Source: an uncultured Verrucomicrobiota bacterium
GTDB lineage: Bacteria > Auribacterota > JABMQX01
Length of the DNA: 64,000 nt
Direction of reading: 5' to 3'
NCBI GenBank assembly: GCA_964516325.1
Contig: CAZFAP010000003.1
Location: 10,499 to 74,498 of the forward strand
How positions within the stretch are numbered: position 1 is the first letter of the stretch; each line of letters begins with the position of its first letter. A program made the position numbers and the translations under genes. Shown here piece after piece: positions 54,282 to 63,559 of the stretch. The notes beneath the pieces were generated by a model. That model was not told where the DNA came from and did not search any database. It worked only from the letters and a program-made list of their open reading frames with translations.

Positions 54282-55834
54282 GGCTTCTCCTTCAAGGCGG
54301 CCTTGATCTGCGCTATGAGTCCGGCGATGCGATGCTCCTTCTTGAGAATATCGTCGGCGAGTTGTTCGGGGGGTAGGTGCTCGAAGTCCTCCTTGCCGCG
54401 CGGGTTTTTGCGGTCGAGGTTGCAGTTGTTGGCGAGCAGCTCCGCGGCGGGGACCTTCCAGGCACGGTCGTTTTCCTCGCGCTTCTTCCACCATGCGATG
54501 CAGTCGGCGAATTCCTCGAACTGGAGCGGCTGGGTCTTGGTGTAGTTCTTGCGGCCCTCGGGCAGCGGATGCTCGTAGTACCAGACCTCCCGGGTGGAGC
54601 CGGATCGGTCGAAGAAGAGGAGGTTGGTCGGGATCCCCGTGTAGGGCGAGAAGACGCCGTTCGGCAGGCGGACGATGGTATGGAGGTTGAACTCCTTGAG
54701 GAGTTGCTCCTTGATGCGGGCGCAGACGCCGTCGCCGAAGAGCGTGCCGTTGGGCACGACCATGGCAGCGCGTCCCCCGTTTTCGGACCTGGCGCCAGGC
54801 CGCCTGAGCCGCCGCATGATGACCTGAAGGAAAAGAAGCGCCGTCTCCGAGGTCTGCATATCGGCGGGGAAATTTCCCTTGATGCCCGCTTCTTCTTCCC
54901 CGCCGAAGGGCGGATTGGTGAGGATCACGTCCACGCGGTCCCTGTCGCCGAGCTCCGTCAATTTGAAACGCAGGCTGTTTTCCGGGTCAATGTCCGGGGC
55001 TTCCAGCCCGTGCAGGAGCAGGTTCATCTGGCAGAGCAGGTATGGCAGGGGCTTCGCTTCCCCGCCCCGGATGCTGCGGTCCTGCAAGGCGCGGCGGTCG
55101 GCCACGGTCTTGCACTGCTTTTCGAGGTGCTGGTACGCCTCGACGAGAAAGCCGCCGGTGCCGCAGGCAGGGTCGAGCAGAGTTTCGCCAAGGCGCGGGT
55201 TGACGACTTCGACCATGAACTTGACCACGGCGCGCGGGGTGTAGAACTCGCCGTTCTCGCCGGCGGCGTCGCGCATCTCGCGGAGCATGGTTTCGTAGAA
55301 ATGGCCAAGGGTGAAGACCTCCTCCTTGGCCAAAAAGTGGATACCATTGACCTTGTTCAACACGTCGCGCAGGAGGTAGCCGCTGAGCATGCGGCAGGTG
55401 ATGTCCTTGAAGACCGTCGCGATGACGAGCCGGCGGCGGGCCGAGCGGTTGCCTCCCTGGAGGGAGCGCAGATAGGCCAGAAGGCCGGGGCCGCGTCTGC
55501 CGTTGGGGAGGGTCGTTTCCTCCTGACTGATGAAAGCCAGCAGTTCCGGCCCGGTGATGCCGTCCTCGCGAGCGGCCCAGTCGCGCCAGCGATAAGGAGG
55601 CTCGATGGCCGGACGGTGGCGTTCCCCGCGCATCTTGGCCTTGGATTCCTCGATTTGTTCCATGTCGTCGAGGAACTTCAGGAACATGATCCAAGTCAGC
55701 AGCGGCAACCGGTCAAGATCGGTGGATAGCCCCTTGTCCTTGCGCATGATGTCGCGGGCGGACTTGATGAGGCCTCCGATCTGCTGTGCAGTGGTTTGGG
55801 GCTCTTCCGCGGTTGCCTTTCTGCTACCAGCCAT
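54278..55834 (-). CDS. hsdM: Type I restriction-modification N6-adenine methyltransferase
   Basis: GEFYTPR, motif I LDPACGTGGFL, motif IV ILTNPPFGG, LPNGVFSPY. Confidence 0.95.
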   Translation of the reverse strand: MAGSRKATAEEPQTTAQQIGGLIKSARDIMRKDKGLSTDLDRLPLLTWIMFLKFLDDMEQIEESKAKMRGERHRPAIEPPYRWRDWAAREDGITGPELLAFISQEETTLPNGRRGPGLLAYLRSLQGGNRSARRRLVIATVFKDITCRMLSGYLLRDVLNKVNGIHFLAKEEVFTLGHFYETMLREMRDAAGENGEFYTPRAVVKFMVEVVNPRLGETLLDPACGTGGFLVEAYQHLEKQCKTVADRRALQDRSIRGGEAKPLPYLLCQMNLLLHGLEAPDIDPENSLRFKLTELGDRDRVDVILTNPPFGGEEEAGIKGNFPADMQTSETALLFLQVIMRRLRRPGARSENGGRAAMVVPNGTLFGDGVCARIKEQLLKEFNLHTIVRLPNGVFSPYTGIPTNLLFFDRSGSTREVWYYEHPLPEGRKNYTKTQPLQFEEFADCIAWWKKREENDRAWKVPAAELLANNCNLDRKNPRGKEDFEHLPPEQLADDILKKEHRIAGLIAQIKAALKEKP

Positions 55835-55845
55835 CGTTCACCTTC

Positions 55846-58200
55846 CTATGCGGCGTAAAGTAGGGTTTGGAGCTCGTTCACCACGGCACGAAGTTTTTCC
55901 GGTCCGCCGAAGAGCGCGGCAATCTCCATGACGTTGCCGTGCTGGTTGATAGGCGGGACTTCCAGCACGTCAGGCAGCACGAACTGCGCTGTTCCATGCT
56001 CGGTGTATTTGTCGAGGAGTTCGTTCAGAACCTGCCGGGCGGCGGGTCCGAACTGGTCGAAGAAGTCCCTTTTTTCGGATCGCAGGCGCTGGGCGCGCTC
56101 GCGGCGGGTCCGCAGGGGCGCGTTGAAGGCCAGATGGCAGAGCAGGTCCAACGGGTCGGCGTCGGGTTGCTGGGACACCTTGGCGAGTTGCTCAAAGTCA
56201 ATGCCGCGTTCCCCCAGATTTTCGATGATCTCCCGGCGCTGTTGCGGGTCGGCCCACTCGCGGCGCAGCTCGGCGGCGTTGCGATAGAGGGAGCGGACCT
56301 TCTCGGCGGTGTAGTCGGTGAACTTGATTACGCGCAGTTGCTTGCCGTCCGGGTCCAGTTCATAGACCAGGTAGGCGGCGATCTCAACCTGCCCGCCGTC
56401 GAAGTAATACTTGCGGCGTTCACGGGACGGTTCGTCCGGCGGCAACGGTTCGGGCAGTTCCTCCTCGTATTCTTCCGGCGTCTCTCCCACCTCGGGCGGG
56501 AGAGTCTCTTCCGTGCCGTCGCCGATGTGTTCTTCCGCAAGGGACACGGGGTCACCGTCGAAGTCCGGATCCGCAAACAGCCGTGTCGCGGAGCCGGTGT
56601 AGTCGAGAATGCTGAAGAAAAGTTTACCGTAATCGTCGCGGACGCGGGTCCCGCGCCCGATGATTTGCTTGAACTCCGTCATGGAGTTAATGACCCGGAC
56701 CAGAACGACGTTCTTCACCGTCGGCGCGTCCACGCCGGTGGTGAGCAACTGGGAGGTGGTGAGCACGGCGGGCGTCTGGCGCTCCACGTCCTGGAACTTG
56801 CTCAGGTGGCCCCGTCCGATGTCGCCCTCGTCGGCGGTCACGCGGCACACATAGTCGGGGTGCTGTTGCACGAGGTCGGCGTTCAGGTTTGTTAAGGCCC
56901 GCCGCATTTCGTCGGCGTGTTCCTGGTCCACGCAGAAAACGATCGTCTTCGCGAACCGATCGGTCGCCTTCAGGTAGGCCGTGAGGTGCCGGGCGACGGC
57001 TTCTGTCCGGGCGCGAAGCGCGACAATCCGCTCAAAGTCATTGGTCCGATATTCCTCGTCTGGGATTTCCCGGCCGTACCGGTCAAGATCGCCCTGGCTT
57101 GGACGCCAGCCAGCGGCATCCCAGGTGGTGATGACCCGATGGACGCGATACGGGGCAAGGAAGCCGTCTTCGATCCCCTGGCGCAGGCTGTAGGTGTAGA
57201 TGGGGTCGCCGAAGTAGCGGTAGGTGTCGCGGTTGTCGTCGCGCAGTGGTGTGGCGGTCATGCCGAGCTGGTATGCCGGTTCGAAGTACTCCAGAATTTC
57301 GCGCCAGTTGCTCTGGTCGCTCGCGCTGCCGCGGTGGCACTCGTCCACAATGACGAGGTCAAAGAAGCCTGGACCGTACTCGCGGTAAAGGCCCGGACGG
57401 CGCTCGTCGCGGGCGATCGCCTGGTAGATGGCGAAGTACATCTCCCGGCTCTTGTTGGCGATGCCGTTCTCGATCTTCCAGCGGGCATCGCCGAAGGGCG
57501 TGAAGGTCTTGTCCTTGGGATCGTCAATCAGGATGTTCCGGTCGGACAGGTACAGGATGCGCGGTCGGCGATGGCCGCCCTCGCGGTTCCAGCGCGAGGA
57601 CCAGAGTTTCCAGCAGATTTGAAATGCTACGACGGTCTTCCCCGTGCCGCTGGCCATGGTGAGCAGGATGCGGCGGCGGCCCTGCAGAACGGCCTGCAGC
57701 GCCCGGTTGATGGCAATTTCCTGGTAGTAGCGGGGGCGCTTGCCGCTCAGGTGGTAGGCTGGGGTGAGCAACCGTTGTGCACTGTCAGGAGCCAGTTCAT
57801 CGGCTTGGGTAAGCCGCGACCATAGTTCATCGGGGGTTGGAAACGCAGTCAGTTCGCGCTCTTGACCGGTGGTATAGTCAAACTCAACGATGGCGAGTCC
57901 GTTCGTCGCGTAGGCGAAGCTTAAGCCGAGTATTTCAGCGTACTCCTTGGCCTTCTGCATTCCCTCGCCGGGCGGGGACGTGTCCGGTTTGGCCTCCACT
58001 ACAGCCAAGGGCATGTCCGGGCGGTAGCGCAGGATGTAGTCCGCTCGCTTGCCGGGCCGCCGCCGCACCTGCTGGCCGACGACCACGATCCGGCCGTCGG
58101 TGAACGTGAGCTGTTCGTTGATCCTGTGGGGATCGCCGTCCCATCCGGCGGCTTGCAGGAGGGGTGTCACGTATTTGCGACAGGTGTCCGCTTCGTTCAT
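55846..58200 (-). CDS. hsdR: Type I restriction endonuclease subunit R (EcoEI/EcoAI-like)
   Basis: NEADTCRKY, RADYIL..VVEAK nuclease motif, RYYQEIAI, MASGTGKT, VDECHRG, GMTATP, TTGVDAP, KQIIGRGTR; EcoEI-type C-terminal domain. Confidence 0.95.
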   Translation of the reverse strand: MNEADTCRKYVTPLLQAAGWDGDPHRINEQLTFTDGRIVVVGQQVRRRPGKRADYILRYRPDMPLAVVEAKPDTSPPGEGMQKAKEYAEILGLSFAYATNGLAIVEFDYTTGQERELTAFPTPDELWSRLTQADELAPDSAQRLLTPAYHLSGKRPRYYQEIAINRALQAVLQGRRRILLTMASGTGKTVVAFQICWKLWSSRWNREGGHRRPRILYLSDRNILIDDPKDKTFTPFGDARWKIENGIANKSREMYFAIYQAIARDERRPGLYREYGPGFFDLVIVDECHRGSASDQSNWREILEYFEPAYQLGMTATPLRDDNRDTYRYFGDPIYTYSLRQGIEDGFLAPYRVHRVITTWDAAGWRPSQGDLDRYGREIPDEEYRTNDFERIVALRARTEAVARHLTAYLKATDRFAKTIVFCVDQEHADEMRRALTNLNADLVQQHPDYVCRVTADEGDIGRGHLSKFQDVERQTPAVLTTSQLLTTGVDAPTVKNVVLVRVINSMTEFKQIIGRGTRVRDDYGKLFFSILDYTGSATRLFADPDFDGDPVSLAEEHIGDGTEETLPPEVGETPEEYEEELPEPLPPDEPSRERRKYYFDGGQVEIAAYLVYELDPDGKQLRVIKFTDYTAEKVRSLYRNAAELRREWADPQQRREIIENLGERGIDFEQLAKVSQQPDADPLDLLCHLAFNAPLRTRRERAQRLRSEKRDFFDQFGPAARQVLNELLDKYTEHGTAQFVLPDVLEVPPINQHGNVMEIAALFGGPEKLRAVVNELQTLLYAA

Positions 58201-58680
58201 ATAGCCCCGTCGCCCACCAGGCGTGCAACCGTGGTTTATATGGTTTCTTCACAATAGCTTTAGGCCACAGGACTGCGGCATAAGACACCTATGGCCTATG
58301 TACTGCCAGGGTTCCGTTACGAGCGACTTGGCCCCCTGCTGAACCTTTGGGCGGGGTTCTATGTGGTTTCCGTATAACCTCCCCATACATGCCTCCTCAG
58401 GGGCCTGGGCCGGACTGCGAGGGCCCTTCCCGCCCATCATTCTCAGACGCCATCGAAGCCCATCCTCTGACAAGAGCAATTGTCCCCGGGGCTTCCGACT
58501 TGGACCCGCTCTTGCCGCTGGCCTCTTCGATACCGGTTTATTCTACGCCCCGGTTGTAGTCTGTCAAGGCATTTTTCTGCTGACAAACTCGCCGGTAGAC
58601 GCCGCCAGCGGACTCCCGGATCGCCTTGCGCCCCTGGCCGCGGCCCGTCGGGCAGGCGAGGAGCGTCACTCAGACTCCTC

Positions 58681-59763
58681 TCACGGGGAAGATGCGTTGG
58701 CCGGACGGTCAGAATGCTTCAGCGGTAGGGTCACCTCCCGCCCGGTGCGGGCTGAGTCGTATATCGCCAGTATGAGCTCGACGGACTTCCTCGCGCTCTC
58801 GCCGGTAATCATCGGCTCTCTGTCGGTCTTGATCGCATCCACGAAATCGCGGACTAACGTGATGTGCCCTTCGGCGGAAATGGCTCGCGGGTCGGAGACG
58901 CCATGGGCCCTCTCTTGTTGAGGAGCGATTTTTTCATCCTCCGCGAGGCGCCCGCCCTTCGCTACGGCCCAGCGGGTAATGCCCGCATCGGTGAGGATAA
59001 TCGTACCTTTCTCGCCGTGAAGTTCCAGTCTGGCGCCTTCGCCCGGGTTGCAGGAGGTGGCTCCTTCGATCACTCCGAAAGCCCCGTTCTCGAAAGTCAC
59101 GATTGCCGCGGCTGTGTCCTCGACCTCGATGTCGCGGACGAGGTGGTCAGCCCTGGCGACGACGGATTTGACATCGCTCATAATCCACAGGAGAAGGTCA
59201 ATCCCATGGACACCCTGGTTCATCAGGGCGCCGCCGCCGTCCATCGCCCACGTGCCTCGCCAGGCGCCGCTGCGGTAGTACTCCGGAGAGCGATAGAATT
59301 TCTGGTAAATGTCCCCGAGCACCATCTTCCCCAGAAGTCCGCCCTGGACGGCATCCCTGACTTTCATGCTCGCCTCGTACGTTCTCCTCTGGAAGATGCC
59401 GCCGAGCTTCACGCCTTCCTGCTTGCAGACCCTAATCATCCGGTCAATTTTCGGGAGGGTGATGTCCAGCGGCTTTTCGCACAGGACGTGCTTCTTGGCT
59501 CTCGCTGCCATGACCGCCTGATCCGAGTGCATTCCGGAGGGGGTGCATATACAGACGGCGTGGAGGTCGTCCTTTTTCAACATTTCCTCTAACTCAGTGT
59601 AATGCGGGATGTTGCCGTGCTCGGCGGAGAACTTCCTCGCCGCCGCCTCGTTCGGATCGCAAGCCGCCACGAGCTTAGCATCGGGGGTTTCCCGTATGCC
59701 CTTCGCATGAAAGGGAGCGATCACACCGCAACCGACCATCCCAAAGCCAACTTTGTCAGCCAT
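58681..59763 (-). CDS. Gfo/Idh/MocA oxidoreductase (cytoplasmic)
   Basis: GFGMVGCGVIA, ICTPSGMH, HVLCEKPL, DGGGALMNQGVHGID. Confidence 0.92.
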   Translation of the reverse strand: MADKVGFGMVGCGVIAPFHAKGIRETPDAKLVAACDPNEAAARKFSAEHGNIPHYTELEEMLKKDDLHAVCICTPSGMHSDQAVMAARAKKHVLCEKPLDITLPKIDRMIRVCKQEGVKLGGIFQRRTYEASMKVRDAVQGGLLGKMVLGDIYQKFYRSPEYYRSGAWRGTWAMDGGGALMNQGVHGIDLLLWIMSDVKSVVARADHLVRDIEVEDTAAAIVTFENGAFGVIEGATSCNPGEGARLELHGEKGTIILTDAGITRWAVAKGGRLAEDEKIAPQQERAHGVSDPRAISAEGHITLVRDFVDAIKTDREPMITGESARKSVELILAIYDSARTGREVTLPLKHSDRPANASSP

Positions 59764-60003
59764 TCTCTTCTTCCTCCTTCATGAAATTGCAGAGTCACGC
59801 GAGACCGCCCAAGGCGGCTTTTCGGCGTCAGCCTTCGTGCTGTCCATCTTGACAATTAGATTGACTCAGCGCCGCTTTCGTCCCCTCCCCCTACCCTCTT
59901 TCAGCGCCAAGCACGTTCGGATAAAGGATACCCTGCCTACGGCCGCTTTATGGCCGGCATTTTACCACGAAAATCGGCTGACGTCTGCCACCAATCAAAG
60001 CTG

Positions 60004-60257
60004 GGGTGTGGCTGTACTTTGGTGGTGTGATCTGGCTGACGTGGGGGGCGGGCATCAGGGGAAGCCCCACTGAAGCGGGCTGCGAGGGGGAAGATGGCGA
60101 CCTGGGCACCCCCGGCGAACCGGGGGGCTACCAGGAGTGGCGCCGGCTGGAAGCCGGCTGGCGACCCTACCCCGTAGTGACGGCCGCCGCCGAGTGTCAG
60201 GGTGGGCTCGTACCGGTCGTGCGCGGAACGGGAAACCCCCGAAATACAGCCACACCC
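60004..60257. ncRNA. Unidentified structured element (ncRNA candidate or MITE)
   Basis: Ends GGGTGTGGCTGTACTTT and GAAATACAGCCACACCC pair over 17 nt (13 contiguous WC pairs). Internal hairpins include CCTGG-GC-CCCCCGG-cgaa-CCGGGGG-GC-CCAGG and GCCGGC-tggaa-GCCGGC. No credible ORF. Confidence 0.45.
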
Positions 60258-60332
60258 GCAGAGCTGTGTCCCGAAATCTTTGGCGGCGACTCCAGATCCC
60301 CACGCGAAGGGAAAGAGTTGTCGTGATTCTGT

Positions 60333-60360
60333 AGAATAACCAAAGGACAATTCTCGTCAA
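60333..60360 (-). promoter_or_regulatory. sigma70 promoter candidate facing the structured element and the oxidoreductase
   Basis: Minus strand TTGACG-N16-TATTCT. Confidence 0.35.
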
Positions 60361-60363
60361 AGT

Positions 60364-60392
60364 TTGGCGGATGGGCGGATGCGATGTATAAT
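60364..60392 (+). promoter_or_regulatory. sigma70 promoter candidate for the lipoprotein
   Basis: TTGGCG-N17-TATAAT. Confidence 0.5.
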
Positions 60393-60485
60393 AAACGAGC
60401 ATCCTGCCCGGCAAGGGCAAACAAAAAACGCTGACACAAAGGGGCGTTCGCGCTCATTTTCTCAAATGGAAAGGAGAACAAAGCG

Positions 60486-60788
60486 ATGAAAAGCCTGGTC
60501 AGGATTCTGGCTGTTTTTCTGCTCTTGGGCACCGCTGCCAGTCTGCTCGGAGGATGCGGCGACGGAGATCACCATCATGACATGGTCGAGGATTTCTCCA
60601 TCACCGTCATCAACGACACCCCCTGGGATATTTTCGTCGAGCCTTTTGGCTTCCTGCTGGCGCCGGGCGACACAGTGGACATTGACGTCGGGTACGATGT
60701 TGTCCATGTGATAGCCGTGAGACACTTTGACGGACTGGTGCTCGCGGAACTCGACATGGTTCGGGGAGATGTTCTGGTAGTTCATTAG
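60486..60788 (+). CDS. Small hypothetical lipoprotein
   Basis: AGGAG RBS; MKSLVRILAVFLLLGTAASLLGGC lipobox; beta-rich acidic body. Confidence 0.65.
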   Translation: MKSLVRILAVFLLLGTAASLLGGCGDGDHHHDMVEDFSITVINDTPWDIFVEPFGFLLAPGDTVDIDVGYDVVHVIAVRHFDGLVLAELDMVRGDVLVVH

Positions 60789-60945
60789 CGCGCTGCCCAG
60801 TGCAGGACTGCGCGACGTTGCGACGCCCGGCATTTACCCTCGGAGCGATCGAGCTTGCTTTGGCTCTGCCGGCCTCTCCCGAGGAGGAGTCGGCGCGATA
60901 GTGCCTGGGCGTGCATGCGGGCGGACGTGGAAATGAGAGAGTGGT

Positions 60946-62466
60946 TCAGGTCAGGAGCTTATCTTCCTCCGGTCGGTGGATGATAAGCTCCGGTTTTCTT
61001 CTCCAGGGATAGATGGCAAAGATCGTTGCCAGGATGAAGGAGAGAATGAGGGCGTTAAGCCCGATAAGGACCAGCGCTTTCGCGGGGTAATCGCCGTAGC
61101 CGTTCTTGATGATGTCCACAACGTCCATCACGTAGATTGCCCCGAGGATGGCCGGAGCACCGAACTTGATGACGTGATCCCAGATTCGGGGTAACTTCCA
61201 CCGGGAAACGTCGTTGACGTGTTTCCTGATTTTGCTCGCCTTCAAGACCCACCCTATGAAGACGCATTCGAGGAGGCCCGCCAAAACCAGCCCGTAGTGG
61301 TTAATGAACCTGTCCACGATGTCCAGCCAGATCAGCCCGCTGCGGCAAAGAAAGACCACACTCCCCAGAAAGCCAGTCCCGCACAGGATACTGACAACTT
61401 TTTTTCGGGAGACCAAGAACTTGTCTGTGATGGCGCATGTGAGAGCTTCGATTATCGAGATCGCGGAAGTAATTCCTGCAATCGCCAGGCACGTGAAGAA
61501 GAATACTCCGAAGAGGCGGTTAAAGGCGGGCAACTCCGAGATGGCCTGAGGGTAGGTTACAAATGCGAGGGTCACCCCTTCCGCCACGACCTTGTTCACG
61601 GGGAGGTTTCTGACGTGAGAAAGGTATCCGAGGGCGCCGAAAACCGCGAAACCCGCAGTGAAAGAGTAAAGGCTATCCGCGGCGCTGGTAATGACGGCGT
61701 TTTTCATGAGGTCGCTTTTTCTGGGCAGATAGCTCGCGTATGCGATCATAATCCCAAAACCGATGGATAGCGTGAAGAAGATTTGCCCGTAGGCGCTCGT
61801 CCAGACTCTAATGTCCTTCAGCTTGCTCCAATCGGGTTTCAAGTAGAACGTAAGTCCGCGTCCTGCTCCCTCGAGGCTGCATGCCCAGAAAGCGAGAATC
61901 AATGTCAGGATGAAAAGAGCCGGCATGAATATCTTGCAGGCTCTTTCAATTCCCCTGTTCACCTCCTCGTAGCAGATGAACCATATGATGAGCCAAGCGA
62001 AGAGAGTGCTGACGAAGATTGGGGAGACAATATCCTGGAGGTTCCAGGGGCTGTCGGTCTTTTTCAGGAACGTCCCCAAAAAGAATTTCGCCGTATCCTT
62101 CCCCCACGCGAGGTCGAGGCTGAACCAGGTGTAGTTGAGGCACCAGCCAATGACAACCATGTAGTAGAGCATGATGCCGTACATGACCATGAGGGGCATC
62201 CACCAGCCGAACCATTCCAGCCTTTTGTTAACTCGCCAAAACGAGAGAACCGACGACCCCAACATGCTGTGGCCAAGGCCAAACTCGAGGATCATTAAAG
62301 GTATTCCGGCCGTCACAAGCGCTACAACGTATGGAATCAGGTAGGCGCCGCCGCCATTCTGATAGACCATATAGCTGAACCGCCAAATGTTCCCCAGGCC
62401 TATGGCGGAGCCCATCGCTGCGAGCAAAAAGCCCGACTGCGACGACCATTTCGACCTCTGCTCCAT
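60946..62466 (-). CDS. Neurotransmitter:sodium symporter (NSS/SNF) family transporter
   Basis: GSAIGLGNIWRF, GGGAYLIPY, YGQIFFTLSIGFG, AFVTYP; GGAGG RBS before MEQRSK. Confidence 0.93.
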   Translation of the reverse strand: MEQRSKWSSQSGFLLAAMGSAIGLGNIWRFSYMVYQNGGGAYLIPYVVALVTAGIPLMILEFGLGHSMLGSSVLSFWRVNKRLEWFGWWMPLMVMYGIMLYYMVVIGWCLNYTWFSLDLAWGKDTAKFFLGTFLKKTDSPWNLQDIVSPIFVSTLFAWLIIWFICYEEVNRGIERACKIFMPALFILTLILAFWACSLEGAGRGLTFYLKPDWSKLKDIRVWTSAYGQIFFTLSIGFGIMIAYASYLPRKSDLMKNAVITSAADSLYSFTAGFAVFGALGYLSHVRNLPVNKVVAEGVTLAFVTYPQAISELPAFNRLFGVFFFTCLAIAGITSAISIIEALTCAITDKFLVSRKKVVSILCGTGFLGSVVFLCRSGLIWLDIVDRFINHYGLVLAGLLECVFIGWVLKASKIRKHVNDVSRWKLPRIWDHVIKFGAPAILGAIYVMDVVDIIKNGYGDYPAKALVLIGLNALILSFILATIFAIYPWRRKPELIIHRPEEDKLLT

Positions 62467-62774
62467 CGGCACCTCCTTGCGGCTTTCGTCCGCCCCTTCT
62501 TTTGCGGACAAGAGAACTCAATAGCCGCGGTCCTCTCTTTGTCGGCTGCAATGCCCAGAGTGCCGCGGGTTTCCGTGGCCCTCAAGGCTTCCAACCGAGA
62601 GGGTCAAGGCAACGTCCAAGAGTCGGTCAACTGAAAAGTCTGCGAGGGCAATTTTCCACTTCCGGAACCCAAAATCAAGTCAAAAACCTTAACCGCGGTA
62701 ACCGCTCAGTTACGGGCGGACAACCCCACAACAATCCGACCCGCCGGGGCGAGTCAGCCCTTCCTTGTTTCTCG

Positions 62775-62802
62775 TCTGCGTCCATCTGCGTTCATCTGCG
62801 GT
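62775..62802. repeat. Short 10-bp tandem repeat (TCTGCGT[C/T]CA-like x3)
   Basis: TCTGCG at 62775, 62785 and 62795. Confidence 0.4.
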
Positions 62803-62868
62803 TTCATCTCTCCTACCGACGCCGCCGCAGCACGGGGGATCCCCCGCCTATAACTGAGGCGTTACTAA

Positions 62869-63126
62869 CCGCGCCGAAGGGGCGAGACAGGACCGGTCGT
62901 CCTCCATGTCCTCAACCGCGATTACGATGCTGAGGCCGATCGGATGCGCCCGGCGAAAGACGTTCGGGTCGGCTTCCCGAGAAGGATACTGCAAGGTCTC
63001 AGGGGGCAGGCGAAGTTGCTGGCTTATGATGGCGACGAACAGGACGCGCGCATCGAAACCGATGGCGACACGGCGCGCATAACCATCCCCGAGCTGCGTT
63101 TGTGGACGCTGGTGGCAATTGAATGA
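62869..63126 (+). pseudogene. Orphan C-terminal beta-sandwich fragment (glycoside-hydrolase-like C-terminus)
   Basis: Frame PRRRGETGPVVLHVLNRDYD...ARITIPELRLWTLVAIE* is preceded directly by TAA and has no RBS or start for the homologous part. Confidence 0.35.
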
Positions 63127-63559
63127 GGCCAAAAATCACGCAGCCGGTCCGTCCCGTGCGGCGCAGCCGCATCTGCAACAAAGGGATCCACCGAGATCTG
63201 GGTTGACAACCAGGAAAGAAATGGCAATACTTCCCTCAGCCGGTGAAATCCCGCGAACAGACGGGACTGAAGAGCAATCCCGCAAAAGGCGAGACTGGGT
63301 GGCGGCGGAGATCCGTCCGGGGGAGTTCCTCCCCGGCCGCAGGCTTTGGGCAGGCACCCCCCCAATCCTTGGGTCGGAGACAAGAGAATACGCCAAAGAT
63401 GGTGCACCTCTTGGAGCCTTATTTTAATCACAGTGGGTTGGGACGGCCCTCATCATTCCGGATCCTACCGCTTCTCACATTTTTCAATTGTCAAGGTGCC
63501 GGCAGCAAACATATCATTGGGGCGATCGTACGTCTTTTCAATTCATCAGGAGGTGCGCA

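Noticed and set aside
60004-60257. RNase P, SRP, tmRNA, T-box, cobalamin riboswitch or tRNA-Sec identity
   Set aside because: No GAGGAAAGUCC or ACAGAA..GCUUA (RNase P), no CAGG..GGAA..AGCAG (SRP), no tRNA-like ends with TTCGA and CCA, no TGGNACC; only scattered partial matches to the B12 box.
60789-60945. MetS-like small subunit expected downstream of the NSS transporter
   Set aside because: No short hydrophobic ORF with an RBS was found on the minus strand.
63290-63355. ZTP (pfl) riboswitch-like ACTGG...GGGGAG...TGGGCA
   Set aside because: The P3 stem and CGCC pseudoknot partner are missing, and the downstream gene is not purine/folate related.
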